Of a stretch of DNA of 64,000 bases, positions 38,656-48,560 are shown piece by piece. The translations under genes and the position numbers were made by a program. How positions within the stretch are numbered: position 1 is the stretch's first letter; each line of letters starts with the position of its first letter. The notes beneath the pieces were generated by a model. The model was not told where the DNA came from. It worked only from the letters and a program-made list of their open reading frames with translations, and made no database searches. This DNA is from Candidatus Woesearchaeota archaeon (GTDB taxonomy: Archaea > Nanobdellota > Nanobdellia > Pacearchaeales > GW2011-AR1): positions 27,351 to 91,350 of the forward strand of contig CAYURQ010000001.1 in the NCBI GenBank assembly GCA_964447315.1, given 5' to 3'.

Positions 38656-39297
38656 TTATATAGAAGAATTAATATCTCCATGCACTACTAATGATTGATA
38701 ATTTTCAAATAAGAAAGGGGCATAAAATTGGGCTTCTGGAAAATCTTTAGTTGTACTTAGATACCAAATATTCTCTTCCATTTTATCTTTAGCTCTTTCA
38801 ACTGACTTTTCTATAGTAGAACCTTCTATTAATGCTTTAACAAGGATATTTGAGGGTTCTAAAAATAATTTTGCTATTTTATCTCTTCTTGGAGATGCCT
38901 CCTGATTAGGATCTTTCCCAAGATTAAAATCTCTCTCATATCCAATAAAACAAATGGCTCCTTTAGTAACTATTATCTTCCCTAGTTTTTGTCCTGATGA
39001 ACAAGTTAGGGAATAAACAACCATGCCTGAAAGAACTTTTGCATTTTCTTTAGAGATTATTATCTCATTTTTATGCCCAGCAATCAAATCAGGATTACCA
39101 TGCCCATTAAACATAATAAAATCTGGTTTTTGCTTTTTTATAATTTTTAAGATTTCTTTTTTATTTGCTTTTTCTCTTTCCCTATTTATTGTTTTGTTTC
39201 CTCTTTCTTTCGAATATTTAACTAATTCTTTACTATAATAATATAAATAAGAGAGGGTCCCATCATGCTCGGGTCTGGAAAAAATAATATTACTCAT
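38656..39297 (-). CDS. putative caspase-fold His/Cys protein (copy 2)
   Basis: Identical to 33961..34602. Confidence 0.3.
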   Translation of the reverse strand: MSNIIFSRPEHDGTLSYLYYYSKELVKYSKERGNKTINREREKANKKEILKIIKKQKPDFIMFNGHGNPDLIAGHKNEIIISKENAKVLSGMVVYSLTCSSGQKLGKIIVTKGAICFIGYERDFNLGKDPNQEASPRRDKIAKLFLEPSNILVKALIEGSTIEKSVERAKDKMEENIWYLSTTKDFPEAQFYAPFLFENYQSLVVHGDINSSI

Positions 39298-39299
39298 AA

Positions 39300-39536
39300 T
39301 TATTGTTTTACTAAAAAACCTCTTTTGAAAGCTTTAAGATAGTTTAATTGGATTTCAACTATTCTATTTCCAATATCTGTATTATCTTCTATGTTTTTTA
39401 TCAACTCATCTCTTTTCATAAATTTTCCATCAGACATTCCAAATGAAACACTTACATTTGGGGAAGCCTGCCTAATTCTTTCTATGACTATTTCTTTCTT
39501 TAACTGATCTATATTCTCTTGTTTATTTTCTTTCAT
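39300..39536 (-). CDS. hypothetical protein F (copy 2)
   Basis: Identical to 34605..34841. Confidence 0.35.
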   Translation of the reverse strand: MKENKQENIDQLKKEIVIERIRQASPNVSVSFGMSDGKFMKRDELIKNIEDNTDIGNRIVEIQLNYLKAFKRGFLVKQ

Positions 39537-39715
39537 ATTATTTCTAACTCTTTTAGTATTTTTAATATTTTCTCTCCATTTTCTGTCTTATTCTTTATTT
39601 CTTGGTAAGCAAGATTCCAACTTATTGGATTTTTATCTATAATTACTATTGTATTGTTTCTTTCTTTTATAGGCACTCCAGAATAAACTTTAAAGAAATC
39701 TTCTTCATTTACCAT
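39533..39715 (-). CDS. hypothetical protein G (copy 2)
   Basis: Identical to 34838..35020. Confidence 0.3.
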   Translation of the reverse strand: MVNEEDFFKVYSGVPIKERNNTIVIIDKNPISWNLAYQEIKNKTENGEKILKILKELEII

Positions 39716-39898
39716 TATTAAATTAGTAAATTAATCTTTTTAATTTTTGTCATTTCTTTTTCCTCGGCTTATTCCAATAAGGACTTTGGGGTTTCATGAA
39801 ACACTGAAGAGAAAAGGATATTTAAATGCTGTTTTTTGGAGTGTGGGTAAAACAATTCATCTTAATCTATATATTTTTTAATTAATGATTCTATAATT

Positions 39899-40159
39899 TT
39901 AATTATACACTTTATCTCTTTTATCAATTTTTACTATCAAAATTATTTTCTGAGCTTCTTTAATTTTATATAATGCTCTAAAGTACCCAATTCTATACCT
40001 AAAAACCATCTCATTATTATCTCTCCCAATAAACTTTGAATCACTTGGTACAGGAGTATTTTCAAGGTTTTTTAATCTCTTTTCAATCCTTTCTCTTTCT
40101 TTGGTATCTAATTTGTTTAAAAAATCCTGGGCTTTAACAGACAGCTCTACAGAATACAT
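39899..40159 (-). CDS. RelE/ParE-family toxin (copy 2)
   Basis: Identical to 35204..35464. Confidence 0.6.
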   Translation of the reverse strand: MYSVELSVKAQDFLNKLDTKERERIEKRLKNLENTPVPSDSKFIGRDNNEMVFRYRIGYFRALYKIKEAQKIILIVKIDKRDKVYN

Positions 40160-40160
40160 T

Positions 40161-40322
40161 TTACAGTCTCTTTGTTCTGCCTTCTTTTAAATCTTCTTCA
40201 GCTTGATTTAAAGAGTTTATGTCGTCTTGGGTTAGAGTTACATCTATTATGTGCTCCTTTAAAGAATCCATATCTTTTTTTAAATTGTCTAGTTTACTTA
40301 TGATTAATTCTTCGTTTTCCAT
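40161..40322 (-). CDS. putative antitoxin (copy 2)
   Basis: Identical to 35466..35627. Confidence 0.45.
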   Translation of the reverse strand: MENEELIISKLDNLKKDMDSLKEHIIDVTLTQDDINSLNQAEEDLKEGRTKRL

Positions 40323-40591
40323 ATCTTCCAATATAAAAATAACTATATAATCTTTTCGTATTTTTTATTTTTCATAAGGGGTGTTGGTTGGAGCATTTTA
40401 GGGAGTATTGGGGGAGGAAGGGAAAAGTAGATAAATATTCATTAAACAATAATATCACAATGAGAAAAAGTTTATATATCCCGCATTGTTTGATAAATTA
40501 TGAGAGTAAAATGGGGGGTGAATGTATTTTCTGAAAGATAGTTTTATAAATATAATTAAATCTCTCTTTTATAAAGATTTTAAGTAAAAAA

Positions 40592-40846
40592 ATGGAACAG
40601 CAATTTATGACAAATAATTCAGATAATTTGCAAGAACTCTTTGATTCTAAAAAAAATGAAGTTGTTTCTCTTTGTAAGGAAGTTGCTGAAAATGAATTTG
40701 ACTTATTTGAATTTAATCTTTTCTTAGCTTCTATGGGGAAGAAAAAATTAGATGAATCTACTAAGAAAGTAAGAGAACTTAGAAAGAAAGTAGATAAAGG
40801 AAAGATTGATTTAACAAAAGACGAAGATATGTTGGATGATTATTAA
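40592..40846 (+). CDS. hypothetical acidic protein (84 aa)
   Basis: ORF. Convergent 4-nt overlap with the next gene. Confidence 0.3.
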   Translation: MEQQFMTNNSDNLQELFDSKKNEVVSLCKEVAENEFDLFEFNLFLASMGKKKLDESTKKVRELRKKVDKGKIDLTKDEDMLDDY

Positions 40847-41429
40847 TGCCTTTTCTTTTTATTAGAATGTTTATTTTTTGAAAAATTTCTTAACATCTTA
40901 TTTACCTCTTGTTCTGATCCAGGTTCTATAATTGTTGGTACATCCAAATCAATATTTAAATAATTACAAGGATCTTGAAAATCTCTTCTATTATTTGTTG
41001 AGATGCAATTTATTCCAGCAATACAATATACAGATATTATTCTTAAATCATTATCCCCTGCCTTCCAATTATTGTCTTTTCTTTCTGTTTTTAGTTTGTC
41101 AAAAAGTGCATTTACCTTGGCTTGATTTACATCTTTCTTTTTTATGGGTTTTATCCTATTTCTTCTTAAAAAATTAAAGATTTCTCTTTTATTTAATTCT
41201 TTATCTGGATTCTTTTTAGATAACAGATTTAATAATTCACTAAAAACAATATAATTTGTATGAAGAAAATTGCCTCTTTTTGCAATTCTAGGCCTATATC
41301 CCCAAGTTCCTTTTTCATTTTCCATCCAAGAAAAAGAGTTATCTGTATCTAAACCAATTTTTCTTAAAATTTTATTTCTTGCTACAACTCTTTCCATATG
41401 AATAACCTTCTTTTTCTTATTATCCATTA
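40843..41429 (-). CDS. hypothetical protein (195 aa from internal Met MDNKKKK)
   Basis: The ORF-track N-terminal extension would translate through the G-rich intergenic element. The trimmed start has TATA-like CTATATATTTTTAAA about 25 nt upstream. Confidence 0.35.
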
Positions 41430-41575
41430 TTTGTTTAATCAAACTAAATTTAAAAATATATAGCAAGATTAAAGAATTTTTTATTTTCCATAGGGGGTGT
41501 TGGTTGGAGCATTTGGGGGAGTGTTTGGAGGGAGAGAGGGAAAAGTAGATAAATGTTAAAACAATCTCTTTTTTT

Positions 41576-42445
41576 ATGGAGATTGCATCAGTTATAGAAA
41601 TAGGAAGCAAGTTTTTATCCTATGTTCTTGGGTTTTCAAGCATAGAATCAAATGAGATGGTGTTATACAGAATTCTTGCAGTATTTATTCTTGGTTGGTT
41701 GTGCTTATTTGGTTTTTTAATCATAAGAAAATCAAAATCCTTAAAACATTGGAGAATTCCCCATTTAGTTAGTATTAGTGCCATAATCTTAGTAAGTTCA
41801 GTTGGATTTTTTATTAGTTATATTCTCATATTAAATTTTAATATGTTAATTATTATAACAGAAAATATAAATGAACCAATAAACTTTCTAACAGTACTCT
41901 TTTTTATGATTTTTTACATTTCATTTGGTCTTGATTCAATAAATAAAAAATTAGGGAATGGGGAAAACTCTGAAGAATTAATTCCAAAAGAGGTGGGAAT
42001 CTTTGTCTGGAGATCAATTATGCTTGGATTTGGATTGCTAGTTGTTGTATTGTCCCAATTATTTCTATTAAAATATCTAGGGAGACTTCCTTTTGACTTA
42101 AATGTTTCTCCATCTCCTCCTTGGTTTTATTTAGCTGCGTTTCTTTTCTTTTTTTTAGCTGGAATTCTCCTTTGTTATTTTTCACTTGCAAGAAAAAAAT
42201 CTACTGAATTTTTTAATAAAATGGACAAATTTATGGAAAATAATCTTAGAGTGCCATTCATTTTTATGTTTGTTATTTTCATAATAATATTAATAGATAA
42301 AATAATAAGAAAAGATTCTGATAATTTAATACGTTCAGCTTTTATAAGCGCAGTTTTCTTAGTTATTTCTATTTTTATTAAAAAAATAAATAAGTGGGTA
42401 GTAGATTTTTTGAAAAATCTGGGTACTTTGGAAAAGAAAAAGTAA
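41576..42445 (+). CDS. polytopic membrane protein (289 aa)
   Basis: Six or more hydrophobic helices. Divergent from the previous gene, across the G-rich element. Confidence 0.4.
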   Translation: MEIASVIEIGSKFLSYVLGFSSIESNEMVLYRILAVFILGWLCLFGFLIIRKSKSLKHWRIPHLVSISAIILVSSVGFFISYILILNFNMLIIITENINEPINFLTVLFFMIFYISFGLDSINKKLGNGENSEELIPKEVGIFVWRSIMLGFGLLVVVLSQLFLLKYLGRLPFDLNVSPSPPWFYLAAFLFFFLAGILLCYFSLARKKSTEFFNKMDKFMENNLRVPFIFMFVIFIIILIDKIIRKDSDNLIRSAFISAVFLVISIFIKKINKWVVDFLKNLGTLEKKK

Positions 42446-42730
42446 TTAAACTTAAAAGCTTCTTTAAAAATATGAAAGATTATATTGAAAATGCCGAAGT
42501 TGTTATAGAAGATGAAATGACTGTCAAAGGTTCTGTAGAGATTGATGAAGATGGAACAGTCACAATAATCAGGGGTGATGGCAGATATAGAGGAAAAAGA
42601 GTTTTAACCCATATTTCTAAGTGCATTATAAAAGAATTATCTTGATTTAGTTTCTCCACAAATTACTAATCTCCCTGAATGAATTTATAAGAAAAGTGAA
42701 TTATTTAAATCCTATTCTATATAAGGAAGT

Positions 42731-44074
42731 ATGAAAAAACTCCACACAATTCTTCTAATAGGGTTTATCCTATTAGCTGTAATACTTAATTTTTTACCTA
42801 GGTTGGATTATAATTATCCAATACATGTAGATGAGTATGTTCATATTCAGTATGGGAATCACTTATCTGGTGGGGCTCCCCTTTATTTTGGAGGAGAGTA
42901 TAATAGTCTGGAAGCAGGGTTTCATTATTTAATTGCTACTCTTAATTCTATTGGGGTTCCATATTTGACTATGTTTCAGTTTTTTGCTTCAATAATAACT
43001 ATTCTTATTTGTTTAGGAGTATTTATTTTGGCTAGGAGATTATTTAATGAAAGAGCAGGAGTATATGCTGTTTTATTTATTGCTGTTTTAAAATCAACAA
43101 CAATGATTTTAGGGCCTATGTTCTTTGTTCCAATGGCTATTGGAATGTTTTTTATTGCAATGATTTTGTTTTTAATTGAAATAGGTAGTAAAGCCTGGAT
43201 ACTTTTCCTTGCAGGAATTTTAATGATTCATCCTCCAACTGCAACTGCAATTTTATTGTTAATTAATATTAGGTTTATTTTCTTAAAGAAAAATTATATA
43301 AAGAACTTAGGTTATCAGGCAATTGCAGGATTAATTGCCCTGCCAATGTATATTCCTCACTTCATAAGCAAAGGAGTAGAAACAATTAATTCTCTATCTT
43401 TTACTCCAATAGTAAGTGCATTATTTATTCCGAGATTTTTAACTTATTTTGTAATATTAATAGTAATTGCAGGAATTTATTTTACAGCAGAGAAAAAGAA
43501 GTATTCAATAATAACTTATGCTATTTCATTGCTGATATTTATATTTATATTTTATAAATTTAGAATAGAAGTGTTTATTCCATATCCAAGAGCATTAATG
43601 TATCTTTTTGTTGTATTTGCTCTTTTGTTTGGATATGGGTCTTCAGAATTAATTAAACTTTCAAAGAATAAAAAAATACAAGCAGTAATTCTTATTTTAA
43701 TAATAGCTTTGACATTAATATTTGCACTCCCTTCAAAAATAACTTCTACAAAAGAGCATTTTCAGATAATGGATGATAAAGATTATCAGGCATTTAATTA
43801 TATTAAAGAAAACACTCTTGAAAATTCAATAATTCTTGCAGATCCCTGGAAAGCAAATGCAATAACTCCTTTTGCTGAAAGAGTAGTTTACACTAGGATA
43901 GTTCAGGGGCCTAATGAAGAAAGTGAAATAAAAAACCAAGAATCTTATGATTTTTTTAAAAACAATTGTGAGGATATTAATTTCCTTGTTAATAATCAGA
44001 TAAATGTTGTGTATGGGGAGTGTGGGAATTCTTCTTTGGAGATGGTTTATGAGAATGTTTATTTTCTTAGATAA
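42731..44074 (+). CDS. GT-C-fold membrane glycosyltransferase-like protein (ArnT/PMT-like)
   Basis: 447 aa, about 11 TM helices. The first extracytoplasmic loop has PIHVDEYVHIQYG, which resembles the acidic DE motif of GT-C transferases. Confidence 0.35.
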   Translation: MKKLHTILLIGFILLAVILNFLPRLDYNYPIHVDEYVHIQYGNHLSGGAPLYFGGEYNSLEAGFHYLIATLNSIGVPYLTMFQFFASIITILICLGVFILARRLFNERAGVYAVLFIAVLKSTTMILGPMFFVPMAIGMFFIAMILFLIEIGSKAWILFLAGILMIHPPTATAILLLINIRFIFLKKNYIKNLGYQAIAGLIALPMYIPHFISKGVETINSLSFTPIVSALFIPRFLTYFVILIVIAGIYFTAEKKKYSIITYAISLLIFIFIFYKFRIEVFIPYPRALMYLFVVFALLFGYGSSELIKLSKNKKIQAVILILIIALTLIFALPSKITSTKEHFQIMDDKDYQAFNYIKENTLENSIILADPWKANAITPFAERVVYTRIVQGPNEESEIKNQESYDFFKNNCEDINFLVNNQINVVYGECGNSSLEMVYENVYFLR

Positions 44075-44149
44075 ACAAATAAAGTATTAAGTAACCCTAT
44101 AATTAAAGTAATCAAACCCTTATATTCTTTTTTTATAATGTTTATTTGA

Positions 44150-44632
44150 CTAAGAATAATGAGATATCCTATTTCTATCTTCTATTGAATAATCCCTTTC
44201 TTCTTGAGGTGGTTCATAGTGAGATTCATTTTTATTTTCAGGCTCGTCTTTTTCAGTAAGAACCATCCAGCTTAATAAAATAATAATTAATCCTCCTAGT
44301 ATTGCAATTGCATAACCAATCCAACCTAAATCTTTTAACTTAAGATAAATAATTCCTGCTCCTAATATTCCTAAAATAATTATGAAAACTTTGTCTTTCC
44401 ATGTTATTGGCTTTTCTTTTTGTTTCTTTATTTTTGGAGGAAAAATAATGCTTATTGCTCCAACAATGATTACTGCAAACATGAACCAATTAATATTAAT
44501 CAAGGAATCAATTGTTGTTTGATAAAATTCTCTTAATAACAAGGTAATTAAAAACAAGAACAACAATATTTGAAATGTTGTGTGAAATATGTGCTTCACA
44601 TGTTCTATTATTATTTTTTGTTTTCTGTTCAT
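44150..44632 (-). CDS. membrane protein related to the family-A small membrane proteins
   Basis: 160 aa. The C-terminal half (LGILGAGIIYLKLKDLGWIGYAIAILGGLIIILLSWMVLTEKDE) parallels family A (LLGIAGFLIIKFKTLELGWLSWVISIIAGVLIVLLSLLVLEEDEE). Confidence 0.4.
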   Translation of the reverse strand: MNRKQKIIIEHVKHIFHTTFQILLFLFLITLLLREFYQTTIDSLININWFMFAVIIVGAISIIFPPKIKKQKEKPITWKDKVFIIILGILGAGIIYLKLKDLGWIGYAIAILGGLIIILLSWMVLTEKDEPENKNESHYEPPQEERDYSIEDRNRISHYS

Positions 44633-45132
44633 TCTACCTTAACCTTCTTTAATTTATCTGCAAGAGCTTTTAATTCTTCATCTGAAGCTCTTGGACCTTC
44701 AATAGAAGTTATATATCCTGGATATTCTTTGAAAAAAACTTCTAAATCATCTAAATATTGTTTCCATTCCCCTTTTTTAAGATGTTCTGTTTTATGCATA
44801 GGAAAAAGCTTAGTATGGGTATGATCTATTCCCATTCCTTCTGCCATAAGTCCAACTCTTCCAACATCCTTGAAATGTTTTTTTAATATTTTAGATACTT
44901 TTTTTGATGCAATTATAAGTTCTTTTAAATTGTTATCTTGTAAATCAAGAACATCGCTTTTTAGATGTTTTTTAGTTATAACTACTGTTGAACCCTCTGT
45001 ACTTGGAAAAGGAGATAAAAATGCCATGTGTTTTTTATCTTCCCAGAATAATCCATGAAGAGGAATGTTTCCTTTAACTATTTCACAGAAAATGCATTTT
45101 CCCTCTTTTGTTTTTGAATCATAGTTTGCCAT
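44629..45132 (-). CDS. HIT (histidine triad) family protein
   Basis: 167 aa. N-terminal CIFCEIVKG and the HIT motif region GIDHTHTKLFPMH. Confidence 0.65.
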   Translation of the reverse strand: MANYDSKTKEGKCIFCEIVKGNIPLHGLFWEDKKHMAFLSPFPSTEGSTVVITKKHLKSDVLDLQDNNLKELIIASKKVSKILKKHFKDVGRVGLMAEGMGIDHTHTKLFPMHKTEHLKKGEWKQYLDDLEVFFKEYPGYITSIEGPRASDEELKALADKLKKVKVE

Positions 45133-46274
45133 TATCCAAACAACCCCTTAAAATTTACATAATCATTAATATTAAACTTTTCTGCATTACCACTATCTAT
45201 TTCCCATACAACATGATAAATATAATCCATAATATATCCTTCATATTTCTTTGAATCAACATACCAATCTCCTTGCTGTGAATCATAACTTAATTCTGGT
45301 TGTTCTAAAACAATTACATACAATGGAGGATATTTCCCTTCCCCTAAATGTGGGACATAAATCCAATGAACATTCCAGTAAAATGAATTCTTGAAATACA
45401 ATGTATTCGGAGCATAAAATATAATTCCTAGTTTTTTATCTTCATTATAAAATATTTCATATTTTGAATTGTTTATTTCGTGGGTAGAGCCTTGTCGGAT
45501 TGTTACTAATTTATTTGTATCAACAATTTCTGAAACACTCTCACGAAGTTCTTGTGAAATATTTGTTGTTTGAGTTCCATTTTCCCTTAATATTATATCT
45601 ATTGTTTGGTTTGTTTCTGTTAAGCTATAATCATTATTGTAAATCTCTAATTTATCTGTGTAAATATCATATCCAGAAAGAATTAATCCATATGCAAAGT
45701 TGCCAAGCTCTGAATTATCATTTGAAGAAGCTGAAAATTCTATCTTGAAATAAGGTTTTTGTTTGAATAAATAATAATCAAACCCTGAATTTAAGTTTTC
45801 AGAGTATAAATCAACTGAAACTTCTTTTATCCTTTTTTCATTAGTTTCTGAAACTGAAGTTTGGTTTGGATTTGTAAACCATCCTATTTTGGTTACTTGT
45901 TCGGGGTCTGTTGTCAAAGAATCAATAATAATTCCATTTGAAGTAGATAAGGTAGTATAATTTGTTCCATTATAAGTTATTATTTGTCTATAACTTTCTT
46001 TTCCAAATAATCTATCTTCATTATTATTTAGATTTAGTTTAGACTCCCATCCACTTAAAAGAAATGTGTTTGAATTTTTGTAATAATTGTAAGAAGTTAT
46101 TCCAGTTGAATTTGAATTTCTTATACTCATTAAATCGGCATTTTTAGAGGGTTCTGCAAACATGAAGATTCCAACAAAAACTAAAATAATCAATAGGATT
46201 GCTCCAAATAAAACCCAATGGTGTTTTATCTCGTATTCTATTTCTTCAATTAAATTATGTTCGTGTTCAGGCAT
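45132..46274 (-). CDS. membrane-anchored extracellular protein (about 380 aa from MPEHEHN)
   Basis: One TM helix (HWVLFGAILLIILVFVGIFMF) followed by an Asn/Ser/Thr/Tyr-rich extracellular domain. The ORF-track start lies in another frame of the upstream zinc-ribbon gene. Confidence 0.45.
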   Translation of the reverse strand: MPEHEHNLIEEIEYEIKHHWVLFGAILLIILVFVGIFMFAEPSKNADLMSIRNSNSTGITSYNYYKNSNTFLLSGWESKLNLNNNEDRLFGKESYRQIITYNGTNYTTLSTSNGIIIDSLTTDPEQVTKIGWFTNPNQTSVSETNEKRIKEVSVDLYSENLNSGFDYYLFKQKPYFKIEFSASSNDNSELGNFAYGLILSGYDIYTDKLEIYNNDYSLTETNQTIDIILRENGTQTTNISQELRESVSEIVDTNKLVTIRQGSTHEINNSKYEIFYNEDKKLGIIFYAPNTLYFKNSFYWNVHWIYVPHLGEGKYPPLYVIVLEQPELSYDSQQGDWYVDSKKYEGYIMDYIYHVVWEIDSGNAEKFNINDYVNFKGLFG

Positions 46275-46275
46275 T

Positions 46276-46413
46276 TTATTTTTTCTTAGGCTTATTCCAA
46301 TAAGGACTTTTACATTTAGGGCAAACCATAGGCAACTCATTAGAACGAGTTATCCAAGAATGATTACATCTCTCACATTTACATTCAAAAACCTTAATCT
46401 CTTTCTTAGACAT
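46276..46413 (-). CDS. small zinc-ribbon protein (45 aa), not in ORF track
   Basis: My reverse-complement translation gives MSKKEIKVFECKCERCNHSWITRSNELPMVCPKCKSPYWNKPKKK, with CxCxxC...CxxC. Its stop lies 1 nt from the downstream gene start. Confidence 0.35.
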   Translation of the reverse strand: MSKKEIKVFECKCERCNHSWITRSNELPMVCPKCKSPYWNKPKKK

Positions 46414-46718
46414 AATTATCAAAACCATTCCAAGTTTAAATGTATTACTATGATAATATACTCACATAAATTTATAAACTATATATATCTATAATATATT
46501 ACTATGAGTAACTACAAACCCAAAACAAGATATTGTTCTAAGTGCCTTCAGAGTATAGATGAAACCAAAGATGATTATGTTATGTTAATTAGTAAAACAG
46601 GGCAAAAAATTAAAGAATTTTTTATTTTCCATAGGGGGTGTTGGTTGGAGCATTTTAGGGAGTATTATCAATTAAACAAAAAGAAATAATTTAAATAGAA
46701 TATTTAGTATCTCTTATT

Positions 46719-47783
46719 ATGGCTAGCATGATTAAAAATAGTACAATTGTTGTTGCTGGAATAATAATCAGTAATTTATTGGCTTATGTATTTCACATTT
46801 ATGTTGGTAGGAGTTTAGGTCCTGCTGAATATGGGGTTTTTGGTGTATTAATGGCATTGCTTACAATAATCTCCTTGCCTGCAGGAGCAATAAGCAGTTC
46901 TTCTACAAAATATATTGCTAAATATAATGTTCAAAAAAAACAAGGGCAAATTGGATTATTAAGAAGAAATTTAAGTATAAAGATAATAACTTATTCCCTA
47001 ATAGTTTTTCTATTAATAATCCTATTAAGTAAACCAATTGCTAATTATCTTAATATAGAATCACAGATTTCAGTTGTTATTGTTGGATTAGCTTCTATTT
47101 TTGCATTAATGCTTCCTATTAATAGAGGAGTTTTACAAGGAATGAAGAAGTTTAAAGCTTATAGCATGAATACAATATTAGAATCAACAATAAGATTAGT
47201 TTTAGTGGTGTTATTTATTTACGCTGGATTAAAATCAGAAGGAGCAATATTAGCTTATGGATTAGCATACTTTTTTGCATTCTTGCTAATCTTTCCATTA
47301 ACAAAAGAAGTAAATTCTCATGACAAAAATGAAAAACTTATTTCTCCTAATTTCTTGAAATTTGCAATCTTGGTTTTAATAGTGAATTTAATAATACAAG
47401 GAATAATTAATATCCCCACAATATTTATTAAACATTATTTAACAGCAGAGTTTACAGGATTATGGACAGCAGCATTAACTTTAGCTAGAATTAGCTTATT
47501 TGTGGTTGGAGGAATAATTTTAGTTATGTTTCCAGAAGTAGCTGAAAAATCAAACCATAAAGATAAAAGAGCTGTGTTAAAGAAGGCATTCATATTAACA
47601 CTTATCTGCTCATTTGGCATTGCATTAATTTTCTGGATAATTCCTGAACCATTTATTAATATTTTATATGGCTCAGAATTCCTTGGAGCAGTTCCAATAT
47701 TAAAATGGATGAGTATTGCAATGATTGGAATAGCCTCACTTCAGCTTAGTTTGAATTATTGGTTGGCGGGGAAGAAAGAATAA
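46719..47783 (+). CDS. polysaccharide/oligosaccharide flippase-like membrane protein (Wzx/MATE-like)
   Basis: 354 aa, about 10 TM helices. Sits in the glycosylation cluster. Confidence 0.5.
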   Translation: MASMIKNSTIVVAGIIISNLLAYVFHIYVGRSLGPAEYGVFGVLMALLTIISLPAGAISSSSTKYIAKYNVQKKQGQIGLLRRNLSIKIITYSLIVFLLIILLSKPIANYLNIESQISVVIVGLASIFALMLPINRGVLQGMKKFKAYSMNTILESTIRLVLVVLFIYAGLKSEGAILAYGLAYFFAFLLIFPLTKEVNSHDKNEKLISPNFLKFAILVLIVNLIIQGIINIPTIFIKHYLTAEFTGLWTAALTLARISLFVVGGIILVMFPEVAEKSNHKDKRAVLKKAFILTLICSFGIALIFWIIPEPFINILYGSEFLGAVPILKWMSIAMIGIASLQLSLNYWLAGKKE

Positions 47784-47824
47784 AAAACAAAAATTTTAAA
47801 TAAACTTAATAATTCTAAAAAAAA

Positions 47825-48547
47825 ATGGTTAAGAAGATATTAGATTTTGGATGTGGGAAAGGAATAATAAGCAATTACCTAACTAAAAAAAATAAAAATT
47901 CCTATATATATGGAATAGACATCTCTAAAGAAAACATTAAAGAATGTAAAAAAAATAAAATATCAGAAAACCAATATTTTAAAATTAACGTAGGCAATAA
48001 AACTCATTTCAAAGATGATTATTTTGATGAAGTACATTGTTATGAAGTTTTAGAACATGTAAAAAATGTAAAAAAAACTTTATCTGAAATAAAGAGAGTA
48101 TTAAAAAATGGTGGGAGATTATATTTGTCGGTTCCTTTAGAAAAGAGTGAAAAGATACTCCAAAAGTATAATAAAAAATATATGAATCAAATAGGCCACA
48201 AGAGAACCTTCAGTAAAAATAAAATAATTCAAACACTAAACGAAAGAGATTTTGCGATAATCAATTACAAGCAAATTAACTCTATAAAACATTTATATTG
48301 GAGATTTCTTTTTAGGAATAAAATAGAAATATTGGACCAAAATGCAAAAATCAAATCAAAAAAATTAGCATTTTTTAAGTTAATCAATGTATTTCTTTCT
48401 AGAGGGTCCTATGCTCTTTATCTTGGAGAAAAATCTCAAAAAAGATTCATTTATTTAATTTGTATTCTTGGAACGCCTTTTGGAATTATTTTAGATTTAT
48501 TTTTAATAAAAAAACAACAAAAAATAACATCCATAAATATAAAGTAG
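47825..48547 (+). CDS. class I SAM-dependent methyltransferase
   Basis: Motif I ILDFGCGKGIIS, and the post-I/II pattern (GIDIS...LKNGGRLYLSVP). Confidence 0.65.
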   Translation: MVKKILDFGCGKGIISNYLTKKNKNSYIYGIDISKENIKECKKNKISENQYFKINVGNKTHFKDDYFDEVHCYEVLEHVKNVKKTLSEIKRVLKNGGRLYLSVPLEKSEKILQKYNKKYMNQIGHKRTFSKNKIIQTLNERDFAIINYKQINSIKHLYWRFLFRNKIEILDQNAKIKSKKLAFFKLINVFLSRGSYALYLGEKSQKRFIYLICILGTPFGIILDLFLIKKQQKITSINIK

Positions 48548-48560
48548 AGTTTAGACTAAT

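Larger units (their letters stand above)
36259..40409. repeat. direct repeat copy 2 (4151 bp)
   Basis: Base-for-base match to 31564..35714 at every position I compared by eye (offset 4695). Confidence 0.9.

Noticed and set aside
31536-40409. Possibility that the 4.7-kb periodicity is a CRISPR-like or satellite array
   Set aside because: The unit is 4.15 kb of protein-coding genes present exactly twice. There are no short repeat-spacer units. No CRISPR array was found anywhere in the window; the 25-nt duplicated unit at 55189 has no spacers.
41430-41610. N-terminal 61 codons of ORF 40843..41610
   Set aside because: It reads through the G-rich element and the TATA box. The internal Met at 41429 gives a sensible gene with its promoter.
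42394-42645. 83-aa ORF overlapping the end of the membrane protein gene
   Set aside because: It overlaps 41576..42445 by about 50 nt. It might be a real small gene starting at the internal Met (about 42472), but there is no motif or coupling signal, so I left it uncalled.
44570-46494. Plus-strand ORFs 44570..44824, 44870..45058, 45500..45748 and 46162..46494
   Set aside because: They are antisense to the HIT gene, the membrane-anchored protein gene and the zinc-ribbon gene, which have better support.
46504-46689. 61-aa ORF with CxxC … HRGCW
   Set aside because: Its C-terminal half is the translation of the G-rich repeated intergenic element (the same nucleotides occur at 41468..41554 outside any gene). 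It is more likely a regulatory element than coding. The genuine zinc-ribbon gene is the minus-strand 46276..46413 ORF.
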